Assembly: GCA_028534125.1 (NCBI GenBank)
Contig: CM052817.1
Coordinates: forward strand, 84,322,001 to 84,386,000
Direction: 5' to 3'
Length of the DNA: 64,000 bases
DNA from: Lama glama
Taxonomy: Eukaryota
Under the pieces are notes generated by a model that was not told the origin of the DNA, did not search any database, and saw only the letters and a program-made list of their open reading frames with translations. This document shows positions 37,301-48,149 of the stretch, piece by piece (the first letter of the stretch is position 1; every line of letters starts with the position of its first letter). A program made the translations under genes and the position numbers.

Positions 37301-39741
37301 CAGCCCCCTAGGATGTCTTCTCTTCCAGTTCTAGACTTTCAGTTGTGTTCTTATTCATTTGTGCCTCACCCTGACCTGCCTTGTAATTGCGCTAGAGGAT
37401 TCCAGGTGAGGCAGAGCAGATGGCCATGACTTACACTGGGACAAGGGTCCAGGGTTTAAACTGTCATGATTCTGAGAATGGGCAGGGCTGTTCTGCTGGA
37501 TGAGTGGCCTCAGTGGAGACAGTGTTCATGTGAGTCATGAATCAGAGGCTCTTTGGAGACATGGATTCCAGTCAAGGAGATAGAAATCAGAGTTCAGGAA
37601 ATGTCAGTCCCTCTTATCTCTTTTCCCACAGTAGGTGACTGAGTAAAAGAACTAGAAGCGTGGTGTGAAGGCCGACCCTATGTTTGATTTTTAAGGAGAC
37701 AGGCAGTCCCGAGCCAGCGCCTGTAAACCCCCTCCCCGCGCTCAGGACAGCTTTAGGTCGAGAGTCACTAGCTCTCTGCCGCCTACATGCAGTGTCCTGT
37801 CCATCCAGCCCTGGTTCTCAACACGGGCACCTGCCTGCCTGCACTCTGGGGCAGAGCCTTGTTTTCCTGTGGTTCATTCCTCATGGGAGACAGAAAACGT
37901 CAACACTGCTCTTTGTGGATGCCCTAGAGGCTCCTGCAGGAACGTGGTCCCTCTGATGAACTCCAGTGTGTTATGAGTTCACCCAGTGTGTTTCAAACTG
38001 AGGGTTACGATTTATTAGCAGGTTGTGAGCTGAGTTCAGCAGGTCACCATCAGTATTAAAACAAGGGAAACAATAGACAATGTCAACGTGCATAGCAGGT
38101 GATGGCCAGTATGACTGCATGAAAAGTGAACTTTCACTGGGTGTTACACTGTGAAACTTAGTTCTTACTGTGATTTGCATGTTTGAAAGACATCAATTTA
38201 ACTTATGTTGGATAACAGTTCAGTTTAATTTCATAAATGGGTTTTACATATAATAGTAAACATTTGTTAAAAACATTTACTCCATGTCAAGAATGATTTT
38301 AAACACCCTTCCTTTATTCAGTTCACAATTTACATGTGTTTATCCTCCTCACAGCCCTGTGAGGGTGTAGATACTTTGGAAAAGGAAACTTAGAAGCCCC
38401 AGTCCCCGCCCTCGTGGTTGTGGCGCTCCTAGCCTGTAGGTGAGGCAGGAGACTGTAGCGCACGGCAGGTGCTGTCCTGTGACTGGGGGGAGGGTGGAGG
38501 CAGCTTCTTGACCACGGATGGATTCTGCAGTGAATCCCAGTTAAAATCAGATCTCTTATTCTGCTTGACCAGGAAATGTATTCCTTGAAAAGGTGGTGTT
38601 TTGTAAAAAATTACATGAACTTCAGCTGTTAAGTATGTAGACTGAATGCAGATTCTCAAGGCAGGTAATATCTTTATTATAAAAACCAAATTTTTTAAAC
38701 TGGTGGTTGTATGCTGTACTGTTGGGTGGGAAGTTTGCATTAGTGGGGCCATGCTGAAAACCTAGAATTTCATTCCTCTGGCTCTGCTGCTGCTGTAATT
38801 TTTCTTTATTTGTGGTTTATATGTTCATAGGTGTGCCTTCTTCGTCCTGCTCCTCCTCCTCACTGGAAAACATGCTTTTGTTTAACAGTCCTTCTGTGGG
38901 CCCTGATGCTCCCAAGATAGAGGACTTGAAGTGGCATTCTGCATTCTTCAGGAAGCAGATGGGTACCTCCTTGGTTCACTCGCTGAAAAAGCCCCATAAG
39001 CGAGACCCACTGCAGAACAGCACCACGAGTGAAGGCAAAAGCCTGCTCAAGCAGCCAGACCTGTGTGGTAGAAGGGAGGGGACGGCGGGCACAGAGAGCT
39101 TTCTGAGTTTTGAAAAGACCTTTGCAGAAGCACGTCTCATGTCAGCACAACAGAAAAACGGTGTGGTGATGCCAGACCACGGGAACAGAAGAGACCACCG
39201 TTTTCATTGTGACCCTAGTAAGGGAGACTTAAAGGACAGACCTTTTAAACAGAGTCACAAGCCTCTCAGGTCCACAGACGTGTCCCAGAGGCATCTGGAC
39301 AGCACAAGAGCTGCCACCTCCCCTGGAGGGGGGCCGTCAGCACCCGGCACCAGGAAGGAGATGGTGCCCAAGTGTAACGGCTCCCTAATCAAAGTAAACT
39401 ATAACCAGACTGCAGTCAAAGTGCCTACAACACCTGCCAGCCCAGTGAAAAACTGGGGAGGATTCCGGATTCCAAAGAAGGGGGAACGGCAGCAGCAGGG
39501 AGAGGCCCAGGAGGGGGCCTGCCACCAGCACTCAGACTACCCCTATTTGGGCTTAGGCCGAGTTCCAGCCAAGGAAAGGGCGAAAAGCAAATTGAAATCT
39601 GACAGTGAGAATGACGGGTATGTCCCTGACGTAGAAATGAGTGACTCAGAGAGTGAGGCATCAGAAAAGAAATGCATCCATGCCAGCAGCACTATCAGCA
39701 GGAGGACAGACATTATCAGGAGAAGCATTTTGGCCTCTTAA
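3817..39741 (+). CDS. JADE1: JADE1 long isoform (JADE1L), spliced CDS join(3817..3868,13784..13869,16856..17013,18994..19181,21741..21952,24769..24936,26138..26254,29595..30116,35340..35457,38831..39741), 843 aa
   Basis: Exon lengths 52+86+158+188+212+168+117+522+118+911 = 2532 nt = 843 codons + TAA. All introns are GT..AG with compatible phases. Translation runs [23 protein letters not shown]...[13 protein letters not shown], with EPC-like N-terminal domain and PHD-Zn knuckle-PHD (PZP) module, matching mammalian JADE1 as recalled. Confidence 0.98.
4610..5200 (-). mobile_element. L2 fragments
   Basis: tgacatgtgt...gatgtaaggtcgtcaggacagtcagagatg and downstream purine-rich blocks resemble reverse L2. 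Confidence 0.45.
5670..5795. mobile_element. MER3-like hAT-Charlie DNA transposon (partial)
   Basis: aggaactgagttttaaaatttaatttaatt...agccatgtggctagtgactaccatattggac is typical MER3 sequence. Confidence 0.75.
5860..6257 (-). mobile_element. MLT1 (MLT1A/B-like) ERVL-MaLR solo LTR
   Basis: gctgccatgacaaataccacagactgg...ttctggaggctggaagtccaagatcaaggtgcc...gggggttaggcttcaatatgtgaattt; TG...CA ends; flanks ggcct/gccct (imperfect 5-bp TSD). Confidence 0.88.
7415..7995 (+). mobile_element. MER21-family ERV LTR (5'-truncated)
   Basis: gatttaatccatcatgcctgtgtaacgaagcctccataaaaaccc...tttctctgagttctttgagccactctaacaaattaattgaacccaagga...gatggtgtcagaatggaattgaatt matches MER21 consensus blocks as recalled. 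Confidence 0.8.
10790..11200 (-). mobile_element. Old L1 (L1MB/MC-like) 3' fragment
   Basis: catttaaagtgtac...ctgatctactttctgtcactatagattag...tctggcttcttt is a typical reverse L1M 3' UTR. Confidence 0.75.
12480..13200 (-). mobile_element. L2 fragment
   Basis: gaactgatgtgacttgggcattgattggatgtg...ggagagtctaggataactctaag resembles reverse L2. Confidence 0.55.
13784..13869 (+). CDS. JADE1: JADE1 coding exon 2; (S)[28 protein letters not shown]
   Basis: Acceptor tttctttag|g, donor gag|gtattt; 86 nt, phase 1 to 0. Confidence 0.96.
13950..14135 (+). mobile_element. MIR SINE
   Basis: ttgggcgagttatttaacctctcggtgtctcagtttacaaatctgtaagatgggg...tacctcataggattcttgtgaggattaa is the MIR core. Confidence 0.85.
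14380..14410. repeat. (TCTG)n microsatellite
   Basis: gtctgtctgtctgtctgtctgtctgtct read directly. Confidence 0.85.
16856..17013 (+). CDS. JADE1: JADE1 coding exon 3; [52 protein letters not shown](R)
   Basis: Polypyrimidine tract + ccag|gtg, donor cag|gtagac; conserved JADE-family [11 protein letters not shown]...[12 protein letters not shown] motif. Confidence 0.97.
18994..19181 (+). CDS. JADE1: JADE1 coding exon 4; [16 protein letters not shown]...[23 protein letters not shown](G), EPC-like domain
   Basis: Acceptor aactag|g, donor g|gtgaga; YDL..D..WL motif of EPC/BRPF/JADE proteins. Confidence 0.97.
21741..21952 (+). CDS. JADE1: JADE1 coding exon 5; [17 protein letters not shown]...[27 protein letters not shown] (start of PHD1)
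   Basis: Acceptor cgtccag|ga, donor cag|gtatgt; C-x2-C...C-x2-C...H PHD pattern. Confidence 0.98.
22226..22685 (-). mobile_element. MLT1C-like ERVL-MaLR solo LTR with 5-bp TSD (TTTGC)
   Basis: tgtgtcagtttgctagggctgctgtaacaaag...gaccctatttccaaataaggtcacatt...ggggacaca; TTTGC at 22221-22225 and 22686-22690. Confidence 0.9.
24769..24936 (+). CDS. JADE1: JADE1 coding exon 6; [56 protein letters not shown] (end of PHD1 and Zn knuckle)
   Basis: Acceptor tgacag|gcc, donor gag|gtgggt; 168 nt, phase 0-0. This frame is absent from the ORF track and was read directly. Confidence 0.98.
26138..26254 (+). CDS. JADE1: JADE1 coding exon 7; [39 protein letters not shown] (start of PHD2)
   Basis: Acceptor ctctag|gtg, donor cag|gtaatc; 117 nt, phase 0-0. 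Confidence 0.97.
28365..28396. repeat. (GT)16 microsatellite
   Basis: Direct reading. Confidence 0.95.
29595..30116 (+). CDS. JADE1: JADE1 coding exon 8; [16 protein letters not shown]...[15 protein letters not shown]...[10 protein letters not shown]
   Basis: Acceptor ttgccag|tgc, donor agg|gtaatg; end of PHD2 plus conserved YWKLKR and LRQDLER segments. Confidence 0.98.
30117..30143 (+). CDS. JADE1: JADE1S-specific C-terminal tail VMIDTDTL* (read-through of exon 8 donor; 509-aa isoform)
   Basis: In-frame GTA ATG ATT GAC ACT GAC ACC TTG TAG followed by TGA. 501+8 = 509 aa, the length of the known short JADE1 isoform. Confidence 0.92.
   Translation, partial: VMIDTDTL
31825..31830 (+). terminator. 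JADE1: Candidate poly(A) signal of JADE1S (intronic PAS)
   Basis: AATAAA followed by GT/T-rich sequence (tgcttgtggtgtactaactcttttctgtattt), about 1.7 kb after the JADE1S stop. Confidence 0.7.
32520..32532 (+). promoter_or_regulatory. Candidate CTCF binding motif
   Basis: CCAGTAGGTGGCG matches the CTCF core CCASYAGRKGGCR with no mismatch. Occupancy unknown. Confidence 0.45.
32872..33009. mobile_element. MER5A-like hAT-Charlie MITE
   Basis: Perfect 12-bp terminal inverted repeats cagtggttctca...tgagaaccactg; internal agaaatgcaaat and gggccagcattctgtgtttta blocks. Confidence 0.85.
35340..35457 (+). CDS. JADE1: JADE1 coding exon 9 (long isoform); [39 protein letters not shown](G)
   Basis: Acceptor ttctag|gtt, donor cag|gtatgc. 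Completes the LERVRNL..MV.RREK motif of JADE/BRPF proteins. Not in the ORF track. Confidence 0.97.
35610..35830 (+). mobile_element. MIR SINE (degraded)
   Basis: ggcatcatggt...gggtcaaatcctg...caagtcttaagttttctgagtctc...gcaaagcacctgg. Confidence 0.6.
38831..39741 (+). CDS. JADE1: JADE1 terminal coding exon (long isoform); [16 protein letters not shown]...RRSILAS*
   Basis: Acceptor ttcatag|gt; lies within ORF 38812..39741; TAA at 39739-39741. Confidence 0.97.
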
Positions 39742-41888
39742 TGAAGCAGAGCTGTTGTGGGAGCACCGCCGGCTTGTTACCAAGCAGACGAGAGCTCTGA
39801 CACGGGGGACGAGCAGAGACCTCTCTCTCCTGAGCTACACAAACACATTTACTTGCAATTCAGATTGAATTTTTTTTCAGAGTCATTTATAAATCATTGT
39901 GAGAAGTGTGTGTTATCTGCAACTTGTTGAGGAAACACAAGAGTAGATTGTAACCGTAAGACACTGCTAAAACTAGAGGCTGAATTAAACACTAAAATGA
40001 GAATTAATTGAAATAAGTTTCTAAAGAGGGCAAGGCTTAAATAAGCCTCATGAGCTTTTACTGCCCTCTGTATTCTTCCCAAAGCACAAACTTGGTGACC
40101 TGAATATATGGAATCAGATATGATTCTTGAGAAACCCTCACGTACCATTTAACAGCCCATAAAACTTATTTTCTAGGACTGTGTTGGATCTCGAAATCAC
40201 ATTTATACTTTGGCCCACAAGGCTGTTTTTGTTGCGTCATAGTATACAGGCAGTAGCTCGGAAGCTTCAGGAACTCTAGGGAATTCATGTGTAAATAGAG
40301 ACGGGGAAGAGAACATTTTAAGAAAGGTCATTACTGGAAGATCTGAAGGGACAGGGTAGAGCTGCTGGGGCTCGGAGGTTTAGGGCAAATGTAAGCAAGG
40401 TCCTGCTGCCGGAAGCCCTTGAACGTGTCGTGCACGTGGGGCTGGTGGAGAGTGAGGCCATGAGAAAGCGCCATCTGTGAGAAAGGGCCACTGAGGCCTC
40501 ATGGTCACCAGTCCTCTCAAGGCCTTCCTCCTCCCTAACCACTGCCTTCGGGCCGCTTGGGATTTCCCTGGCCATCCAGCTTCCAACAACACAATGGCTA
40601 TTCAAGTTTGAGCCATGAACTTCCAGACTCTGGTGACTCATAACTTCCCAGAGCCAACCACTAGTGCATATGTCGGGGAATCCGGCCTTCCAACATGAAT
40701 GGATTCCTTAAGAAAAAGGAAAAAAATGAAAAACAAAAAAGGGATAAAAAGCAAAATAGGTTATATTTTAAAAACAATAGAAAGGCAATAAGTTGCGATA
40801 ACCTCTTACCATTGACCAAGGTTACACAGGAAAGAGACTGAAGTGTAATAGGTTTCCTGGAGTCAGAGTTCTAAGCTCTAATTCGTAACTTGGACTTTCT
40901 GATTGCAAATGGCAATAACTAGTAAGTTATCAGCAATAATAAAGTTAGCATTAAATTTGAGTACAATGTTCTGTTTCTGCACTCACTGCAGTGCATTATG
41001 TATTAAGACAGTGGATAGTGTTAAGGTCCTGTTTAATTTTCTTTGGAATTCTATGTAGTTGTGACTCAAACTTAAGAGAAGGAAAGTTTAAGTAGCAATG
41101 AGATTTAGACGTATGGGCACTTGGAACAAGCCCAACTTTCCCTAAATTAGCCCTTAGTTTGTTAGTATCAGTATTCAGATTCCTGATTCATTTACACATC
41201 TGTTTCCACGTGGCAGGGACATTCTGATACTTAATGAATAGTGCTTGAGTTCTGTAGTTAACTTCCAAGTCTTCCAGAATGATTGTCAACAATGAAAATG
41301 GCTTATTGAATTCCATCTTGCTATGCAAGTTTTATCAGATGATCAAATAGTAGATCTGATACATCCCCATTGTATGTATGACATTTTCAAACCAAGTCTT
41401 AACTTTTCGAATACATTTTAAGCTAATTCAGGGGAGGGGAAAGAATGACCCAGGTTTTTAGATTGACTATTTTTGAGCTATGGGGCTCATTTTGAAAGAT
41501 TGCTGTCTGGATAAACTGTTGCTGTAGATATTAGAAGTTTCTTATGAATCCAAGTTATACATTCACTCATAGCAGAATTGGAAAATCAAATTTTTTGCAT
41601 ATGAGCAAAAACCTTTTGCTGAATACAGAAGGTGGACTCTATCTACAGTTATCTTTTGACTATAGCAACAGCCCTGGATGACAGCAGAATATATAGAGGG
41701 ATAATTTGTCAAGCCATAGAAAGAAAATCTAAATTAATTCTAGTAAGTATATGACCTCTCACCATTATAAGAGGTACCAGGTTCATTTGCACTATTAGGA
41801 ATGCTAGTTGTGTGCAAAAATAATGCCTTACCTGTTTTTTCCCCACATTTAGGTTGAAAAGCTTTCAAACGTTCCAAGTTATGCTGAA

Positions 41889-41963
41889 CCAAAAAACAAA
41901 AAACAAAACAAAACAAAAAAATAAAAAAAACCCACACAAAAACAAAACACACAAAAATAAAAA
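41889..41963 (+). repeat. A-rich (CAAAA)n low-complexity tract in the JADE1 3' UTR
   Basis: Direct reading. Confidence 0.85.
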
Positions 41964-42643
41964 GCCCACACTTTCTATTCCTGCTTTGAAATGCAAATGG
42001 TACAGAGCACGGTTTCTCTGACAGTGTAATGATAGCTTTGCAAGTTAAGTTAGTTTCATGCCCTGCTGGGAACTCTGTATGAGGTGGCCACGAGCGCAAC
42101 CAGCCCAACCTGCCCACCTGCACTCTGCGTATGGAACCATTTGCTCTTTTCTTCTTTTTCTTTTCTTTTCTTTTTCCAAAGCTTTATCTTTACTTGTGCA
42201 TCCTGACCAAGAAATATCTTTGATTATGATCAGTGTATTATGTCAAAATGTAGGCTAGTTAAACTTTTGTAAAGTTGCCTGGAATGTCATTTGTTAGGTT
42301 ATAAACACAAAATCTAAATGAAGGGTTTTATGTGTTGTGTACAAATCTTAATTATTTTGAAATGGACAAACTTGTCATTACATTTGTAACCTTGTACAGA
42401 GGATTTTTCACTATGTGCCTAGCTTGGTGTCCATTCAGCTAAAATTGAAAAAAAAAAGGTGCATGAAGAGTTAAAAATCAGAATTAAACAAAGTATATGT
42501 AGAGATGACTATTTTATATTACATGGCCCAATCCTGTATTTATTTCTACCCCCTTTTTGAAAGTATTTATAAAACTAGTTGAGGACAGCTGTATTTTTTT
42601 GTTGAACTATTTAGTAGAATTTGTGCCTTTTTGTCTGTATGTG

Positions 42644-42649
42644 AATAAA
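42644..42649 (+). terminator. JADE1: Poly(A) signal of JADE1L
   Basis: gtgAATAAAtgctgtac, preceded by TGTA and T-rich upstream elements and followed by T/GT-rich sequence. Confidence 0.8.
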
Positions 42650-44149
42650 TGCTGTACATTTTGCAGTACATTTTAAAGTGTCTTGAAATCTGCTTTTGCT
42701 GATTATTTAGATGTATATGACTTAGCTGTACACGTATATGCTCACACGATGGCAGCGCCTGTCGACTGTCTCAGCTGAATGAGAACATAAAAGACCGAGG
42801 AAGAGCACACGTCCTCTGGACTGCTTTCCGGCTCAACTCTGATGGTGAGACCCTGACAAATGATAATGGTTTGATTTTAGTGTTCCCCACCTGAAGTTCT
42901 TTCCAGAATACAGTTTTAGATCTGAAAACAACCAGTTGAAACAATTTAGACTTCAAGGTTGGAGAGATGGGGTTTGAAGGCTGAACTATAGTTTACCAGC
43001 CAAGTGACCTTTCCCAAGTCCCCTAGCCTTTAGCAGCCTTAGTCTTACCTTTTGTAAAGAGGATGACATCCACTGACTCCCTGGGGTTGCTGCGGTCTTT
43101 TGAAGCAAGCTCACAGAGCATCTAGCATAAAGCTGTAGTAGGCATTTAGTAAGCGGTAGGCTATTTGTGATTAGGAACAGGACATTAATTTTCCAACATA
43201 ATGTTGACAGATGAGCCCTCTGATGCAAAAAATGTTATTCCTGAGTGACAAGGTGATTGTATTTATAAGGTTCTCAAAAACAGTTTTTCAAAGAGCAGTT
43301 TCATTAAATGCATTCCTTTGATCACAGAATTCTGAAACATTAGGGCAAAGAGAGATCTTCATTTTACAAAGAAGACATGTCCAAGATCACAGCATAAGGC
43401 ACTGGCAGAACTGGGTCAAGGCCCTAGTTCTAATTTCTAGTTTGGTGTTCTCCCTGCTTGAAACAGTATTTACTCAACCACTACAGGCAGACATTAGCAT
43501 ATAATGACATGTACCTTCCTTTGTGTTGGGAACAGCAAAATTAGTTGGTGAGGGTTACATATTATGTGGATTATGATAAACAGGAGCCACAGCAGGGTAG
43601 TGGTACTGTCCTTAATTTACAATTTAAAAAAATTTGGCCAGTGTTTTTTTTTTTTAATATGAATTCCTCATACATTTGGCTAAAAGGTTGTTTATTTCTC
43701 CTTGTTCCTCCTTAGTGACTATTTACTTTCATGTTGCTTGCTCTGAGTAAGACCCCAGAGAGAAATAACTGTGATTCTTCCTACAAGGTCTTAAAGTTGA
43801 ATAACCACAATAGTTCCCTAGGGAAATAAAAATCCCCAGGAGCTAAAAGAAGGGCCTATCGCTGGCAATGCTGCAACTTGTGATGGGAAATGTGACACCA
43901 GAGACTCATGTTCTGTATTTTCACCCAGATCACTTAGAAAACGGTTCCCACCTTTGAAACATTAGCCATCTGCAGCAAGCTTCACAGTTAACTTCAAGGC
44001 TGAAATCTTCAATACGATTTCCCTTTAATGCTCAGAACTGCACTGGATGATGTGTTCCAGTCTGGGGCAGAACAGAGCTTTGACTGTAAAAGAGGGTAAA
44101 AGCAAATCTGTTACCTGCTTCCTTGATGTGGACCGTTCTCTGTGCTGCT

Positions 44150-44620
44150 GAGTTTGCTGTCGCTGCAATCCAGCTTTCCCTGGTTCTACTGGACTGCCTG
44201 CTGGGCATTTCCCCTTGGATATATGCAGGTACTTGAGTTTTGGTTCTCATTCCTCAGCTATATCCTGCTTTGAACCACACCTGAAACCTGGGAGTTCTTT
44301 GTGAGTCTTTTCTTCCTCAACTCCCGCAGCCAAATGGTGCTCTATGTCTATGTGTTACACGTAATATCTCTTCAGTGTTTTTTTTTCTGCTTTCTTAATC
44401 CCAGTACCGCTTGCCATATAGTTTACGCCTCATCATTTCTTGCCTGGAATTTGCAGCAGCCTCTTACCTGGTTGCTTTGATTCAAGTCTTGCTGAAATGA
44501 ATCCCTCCTCCTAATTAGCTGCAACCTTGCCAACGCTATCTCCATAGTGATAACTTCTACAATAAAAACTGACATTCCACATAGTCTTCAGAGAACCTCC
44601 ACACTTTTGCAGATAATTAC
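44150..44620 (+). mobile_element. L2 fragments
   Basis: actgcctgctgggcatttccccttggatatatgcaggtacttgag and catcatttcttgcctggaatttgcagcagcctcttacctggt are L2 blocks. Confidence 0.6.
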
Positions 44621-44639
44621 AAAGGGCTTATCAAATGGC

Positions 44640-44830
44640 AAAAGCACTGCTTTGCATTTTATGCACATTAATTTGTTTAAACCTTACAGCATATGAGTTT
44701 GGTACTATTATCTATTTGTAAATAAAGAAACTGAGGCACAGAAATTAATTTGCTTAAGGTCAGAAGGTGGTAGAGCTGGGACTCTATCCCACCCAGGCTG
44801 TGGCGAGCTCCCTGGGCCCCGCTGCCTCTC
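44640..44830 (-). mobile_element. MIR SINE
   Basis: ggtactattatctatttgtaaataaagaaactgaggcacagaaattaatttgcttaaggtca. Confidence 0.75.
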
Positions 44831-45894
44831 AGAATATAAAAAGACGTCACATAAAGCAGTTCATGTGTTTTTAGGTATACTGAAGACTATACATGTGAAC
44901 TTCAGTTCAATGAATTTCTATGAAGTAAAACTATCTTGGCTTAAAACATAATGTTAACATACTGGCTGAACGACTACGAATGTACCTGAATGGCTAATGA
45001 GCAATAAAGTCAGCCTGTGGTTGATCAGTCCCTGCCTTCCTCTTGGGAGAATGGAATCAGTGTCACACACAGCGGTGTAACACTGACACTCATGCATACA
45101 CATATTTATAGATACAAAATATATGCATATAAGATCAAAGACAGTAGCACTGCTGTCAGGAACTCAGAGAAAGACTTAATTTGCTCTATATCCTGACACA
45201 TTGCTTGGAAAGTTGAAGATAATTATTTAAAACCACTTAGTTTTGATGATGAATCTGCAAGTAGGACCAGTGTCTTAGGATTTTAAATTGATGCTATGTA
45301 AAACCTTCAAACCAGTATTTCTGTGATATAACTTATAAGTCTGGTTAGTTTTTACAAATAAGTCAAGCAATGCCAAATTAAATAGTAAAGATAAAAGAAA
45401 AAAATAATGTGTACTATCATTCCTAATGTATCTCTAATGTATCCTGATAGTCTCACTACTGCTTGGCTTATATATGGCTGAGTTTTAAATAGTACATTTA
45501 TAATTGTGGGTTAATTATTATTTTACCCATTAATTTGGCTGATGGTTCCAATTTCCGGATTATGCCAGTGTGAAACAAGGTGCTTTCCTTTTCTCACTCA
45601 TTTTGGCTCTGCTCCAGCTTTACTGTTTCAGTTGTTTGAGCTTCTCTTTTTCATATCAAATGCCTGTGGTCGTATCTGTGCCTCAACTAGTCCCAAATAG
45701 TAAAAGTGAGTAAATACCTTTCAAACACTTTGCTTTAAAATACTATGCCTACTTTGACACAGCAAATCATACAATATTCTATCAACAACTTTACAATTGC
45801 TAAACCCAATTTAACATTACTTTGGTGGTGGATATTTATGTGGTAGATACGACTTTTGGGTGAAACTGTCACCACCTATTAACGAAATCTGTCA

Positions 45895-47023
45895 ATTTTT
45901 TTTTTGATCTATCTCCTAAAGCAAAGGAAATAAAAACTAATGGGACCTAATTAAACTTAATCTTTTGCATAGCAAAGGAAATCATCAAACCAAAAAGACA
46001 ATGTTCTGAATGGGAGAAAATATTTGCAAATGATATAACCAATAAGGGATTAATATCCAACATATATAAAACAGCTCATAAAACTCAATATCCAAAAAAC
46101 AACCAACCTGATTAAAAAGTGGGCAGAAGAACTGAATAGATGTTTTTCCAAAGAGGAAATACAGATGGCCAACAGGCACACGAAAACATGCTCAACATCG
46201 TTAACCATCAGGGAAATGGAAATTAAAACCACAATAAGATACCACCTCACTCCTGTCAGAATGGCCGTCGTCAAAAAGAACACAAATTATAAATGTTGAC
46301 AGGGATCTGGAGAAAAGGGAACCTTCGTACACTGTTGCTGTGAATGTAAATTGGTACAGTTACTGTGGAAAACAGTATGGAAGTGTCTCAAAAAAACTAA
46401 AAACAACTATCATATGACCCAGCAATTGTACTCCTGGGTATATATCTGAAAAAAACAAAAATCCTAATTTGAAAAGATGTATGCACCCCAATGTTCACAG
46501 CAGCATCATTTACAATTGTCGTGGTAAGGAAGCAACCTAAGTGTCCATCAACAGATGAATGGATAAAGAAGATGCAGTGTGTGTACACACATGCACACAA
46601 TGGAACACTACTCAGCCATAAAAAAGAATGGAATTTTTGTCATTGGCAGAAACATGGATGGACTTGGAGGACATTATGCTAAGTGAAATAAGAGAAAGAC
46701 AAATACTATATGATATTACTTATATGTAGAATCTAAAAAAACATTTAAATGAGTATAACAAAAAAAGCAGACTCAGGTATAGAGAACAAACTAGTGGCTA
46801 CCAATGAGGAAAGGGAAGGGGGGAGGGGCAATATGGGGGGGATTAAGAGGTACGTACCATTACATATAAGATGGGTTACAAGGATATACTGTACAACGCA
46901 ATAGACATATAGCCAATATTTTATGATTATAAATGGAATAAAACCTTTAAAATTTTTGAATCACTATATTGTACACCTATAACATAATATTGTACATCAA
47001 GTATGCTTTAACTAAAAAAAAAA
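45895..47023 (+). mobile_element. L1 LINE 3' fragment (ORF2 C-terminal region, 3' UTR and A tail), 5'-truncated
   Basis: ORF2 remnants (MFTAASFTI...KQPKCPSTDEWIKKM; antisense [24 protein letters not shown]), G-rich 3' UTR tract at about 46810-46840, A-run ending at about 47022. Confidence 0.95.
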
Positions 47024-47619
47024 GCTTTATAAGGCTAATAAAGAAATTTGGAAAACTTCAAAGGGGGTAGCCCACTAATTTATATGAGTTCCTTTGCTTA
47101 GATCTACATTTTCCACGAAAGTTACCCAACTTTTTAGGTTATGGCCAATTTCCTTTCTAGGTATGAAAAAATACCCAAATCCCACTAGATATGAAGATGC
47201 TCTTCTTAGGAAGTTTTCTACATAATGCATATAATTTGATAAACAAAAAGGCTTTTGGGTTAGACTCAAGAGTCAGAAAAGGCAAAGAAAGTCTCATTTG
47301 CACCTCAGACTCATAGTAAATTAAGTTGATGAATGAAAAGGTGAACATAGAATTTTTCAAATCTATTTTATGTCTGCATTTTCTATCAAGAACACAAACC
47401 CCTGAATTGAAAAGGACAGAATAGACACTGGTAAGGGTTTCCTGAAGTCTAGGATGTGTGAAGCACTTGTATGAGCGCACCTAGCTGTTTACAGTGAGTT
47501 CTGGCCTCCTGACCCAGAGGAAATAAGTCTCAGGGCACTCAGGGAACCTCTCAGTCACTGTCAGCAAATGGGAGAGATGTCAAAAGCATGAATTCCGCAA
47601 ACCCTAAGGATGCAATGTT

Positions 47620-47840
47620 GGCAGCAGAAATCTGGTGTTGGACAGACCTGGTTGGAGAGCTTGCAGTGCCGCTTTTCACCTATGCGACCCTGGGACAGGT
47701 GTTTAATTTTTACGATACCTTATACCTTTGGAAAAGGAATGATAACACCCTCCTGGCAGGTTTGTTGGATTAAGTGAGGTAATAAATCCAAAATGCTAGA
47801 ACAATGCCTTGCATATAATAGGTGCTCAATAGACATTATT
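47620..47840 (+). mobile_element. MIR SINE
   Basis: gacagacctggtt...gaccctgggacaggtgtttaa...ggattaagtgaggtaat...aataggtgctcaataga. Confidence 0.7.
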
Positions 47841-48149
47841 AATACAGATCAGCATGTTTATTGCAGATCCAGGGTAAGATTCTCCAATGGATTCTTTTGG
47901 TTATTTGCAGAAATGGGATCATGACTTCTCATTCTCCTTTATCCCCTAGAGCACAGTTTATATGAAAGGAAATCTCAGTCTCATATTTTTAATCTTCACA
48001 GACCTAAGTGCTAACAGATTTCCTTATACATCATATTATATTCTAATGCACTTTTAAAAATTCTTTGAATAAAGGATAGAAATACTGACTAAGAACGTCC
48101 ATGATGCCATACTAAAGGACTTTAAGGGTTTTAAATCAACGTAAAAGGA

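Larger units (their letters stand above)
39742..42670 (+). other. JADE1: JADE1L 3' UTR (about 2.9 kb; 3' end approximate)
   Basis: AT-rich stretch with no recognised interspersed repeat, from the stop codon to AATAAA at 42644, with multiple TGTA elements near the end. Confidence 0.75.

Noticed and set aside
44032..44260. Minus-strand ORF with a donor-like cag|gtaaca, considered as an extra SCLT1 exon
   Set aside because: Largely overlaps an L2 remnant, has no good polypyrimidine tract, and SCLT1 already terminates at 52874.
45985..46682. ORFs resembling known 'hypothetical proteins'
   Set aside because: Sense and antisense translations of a frameshifted L1 ORF2 remnant, not genes.
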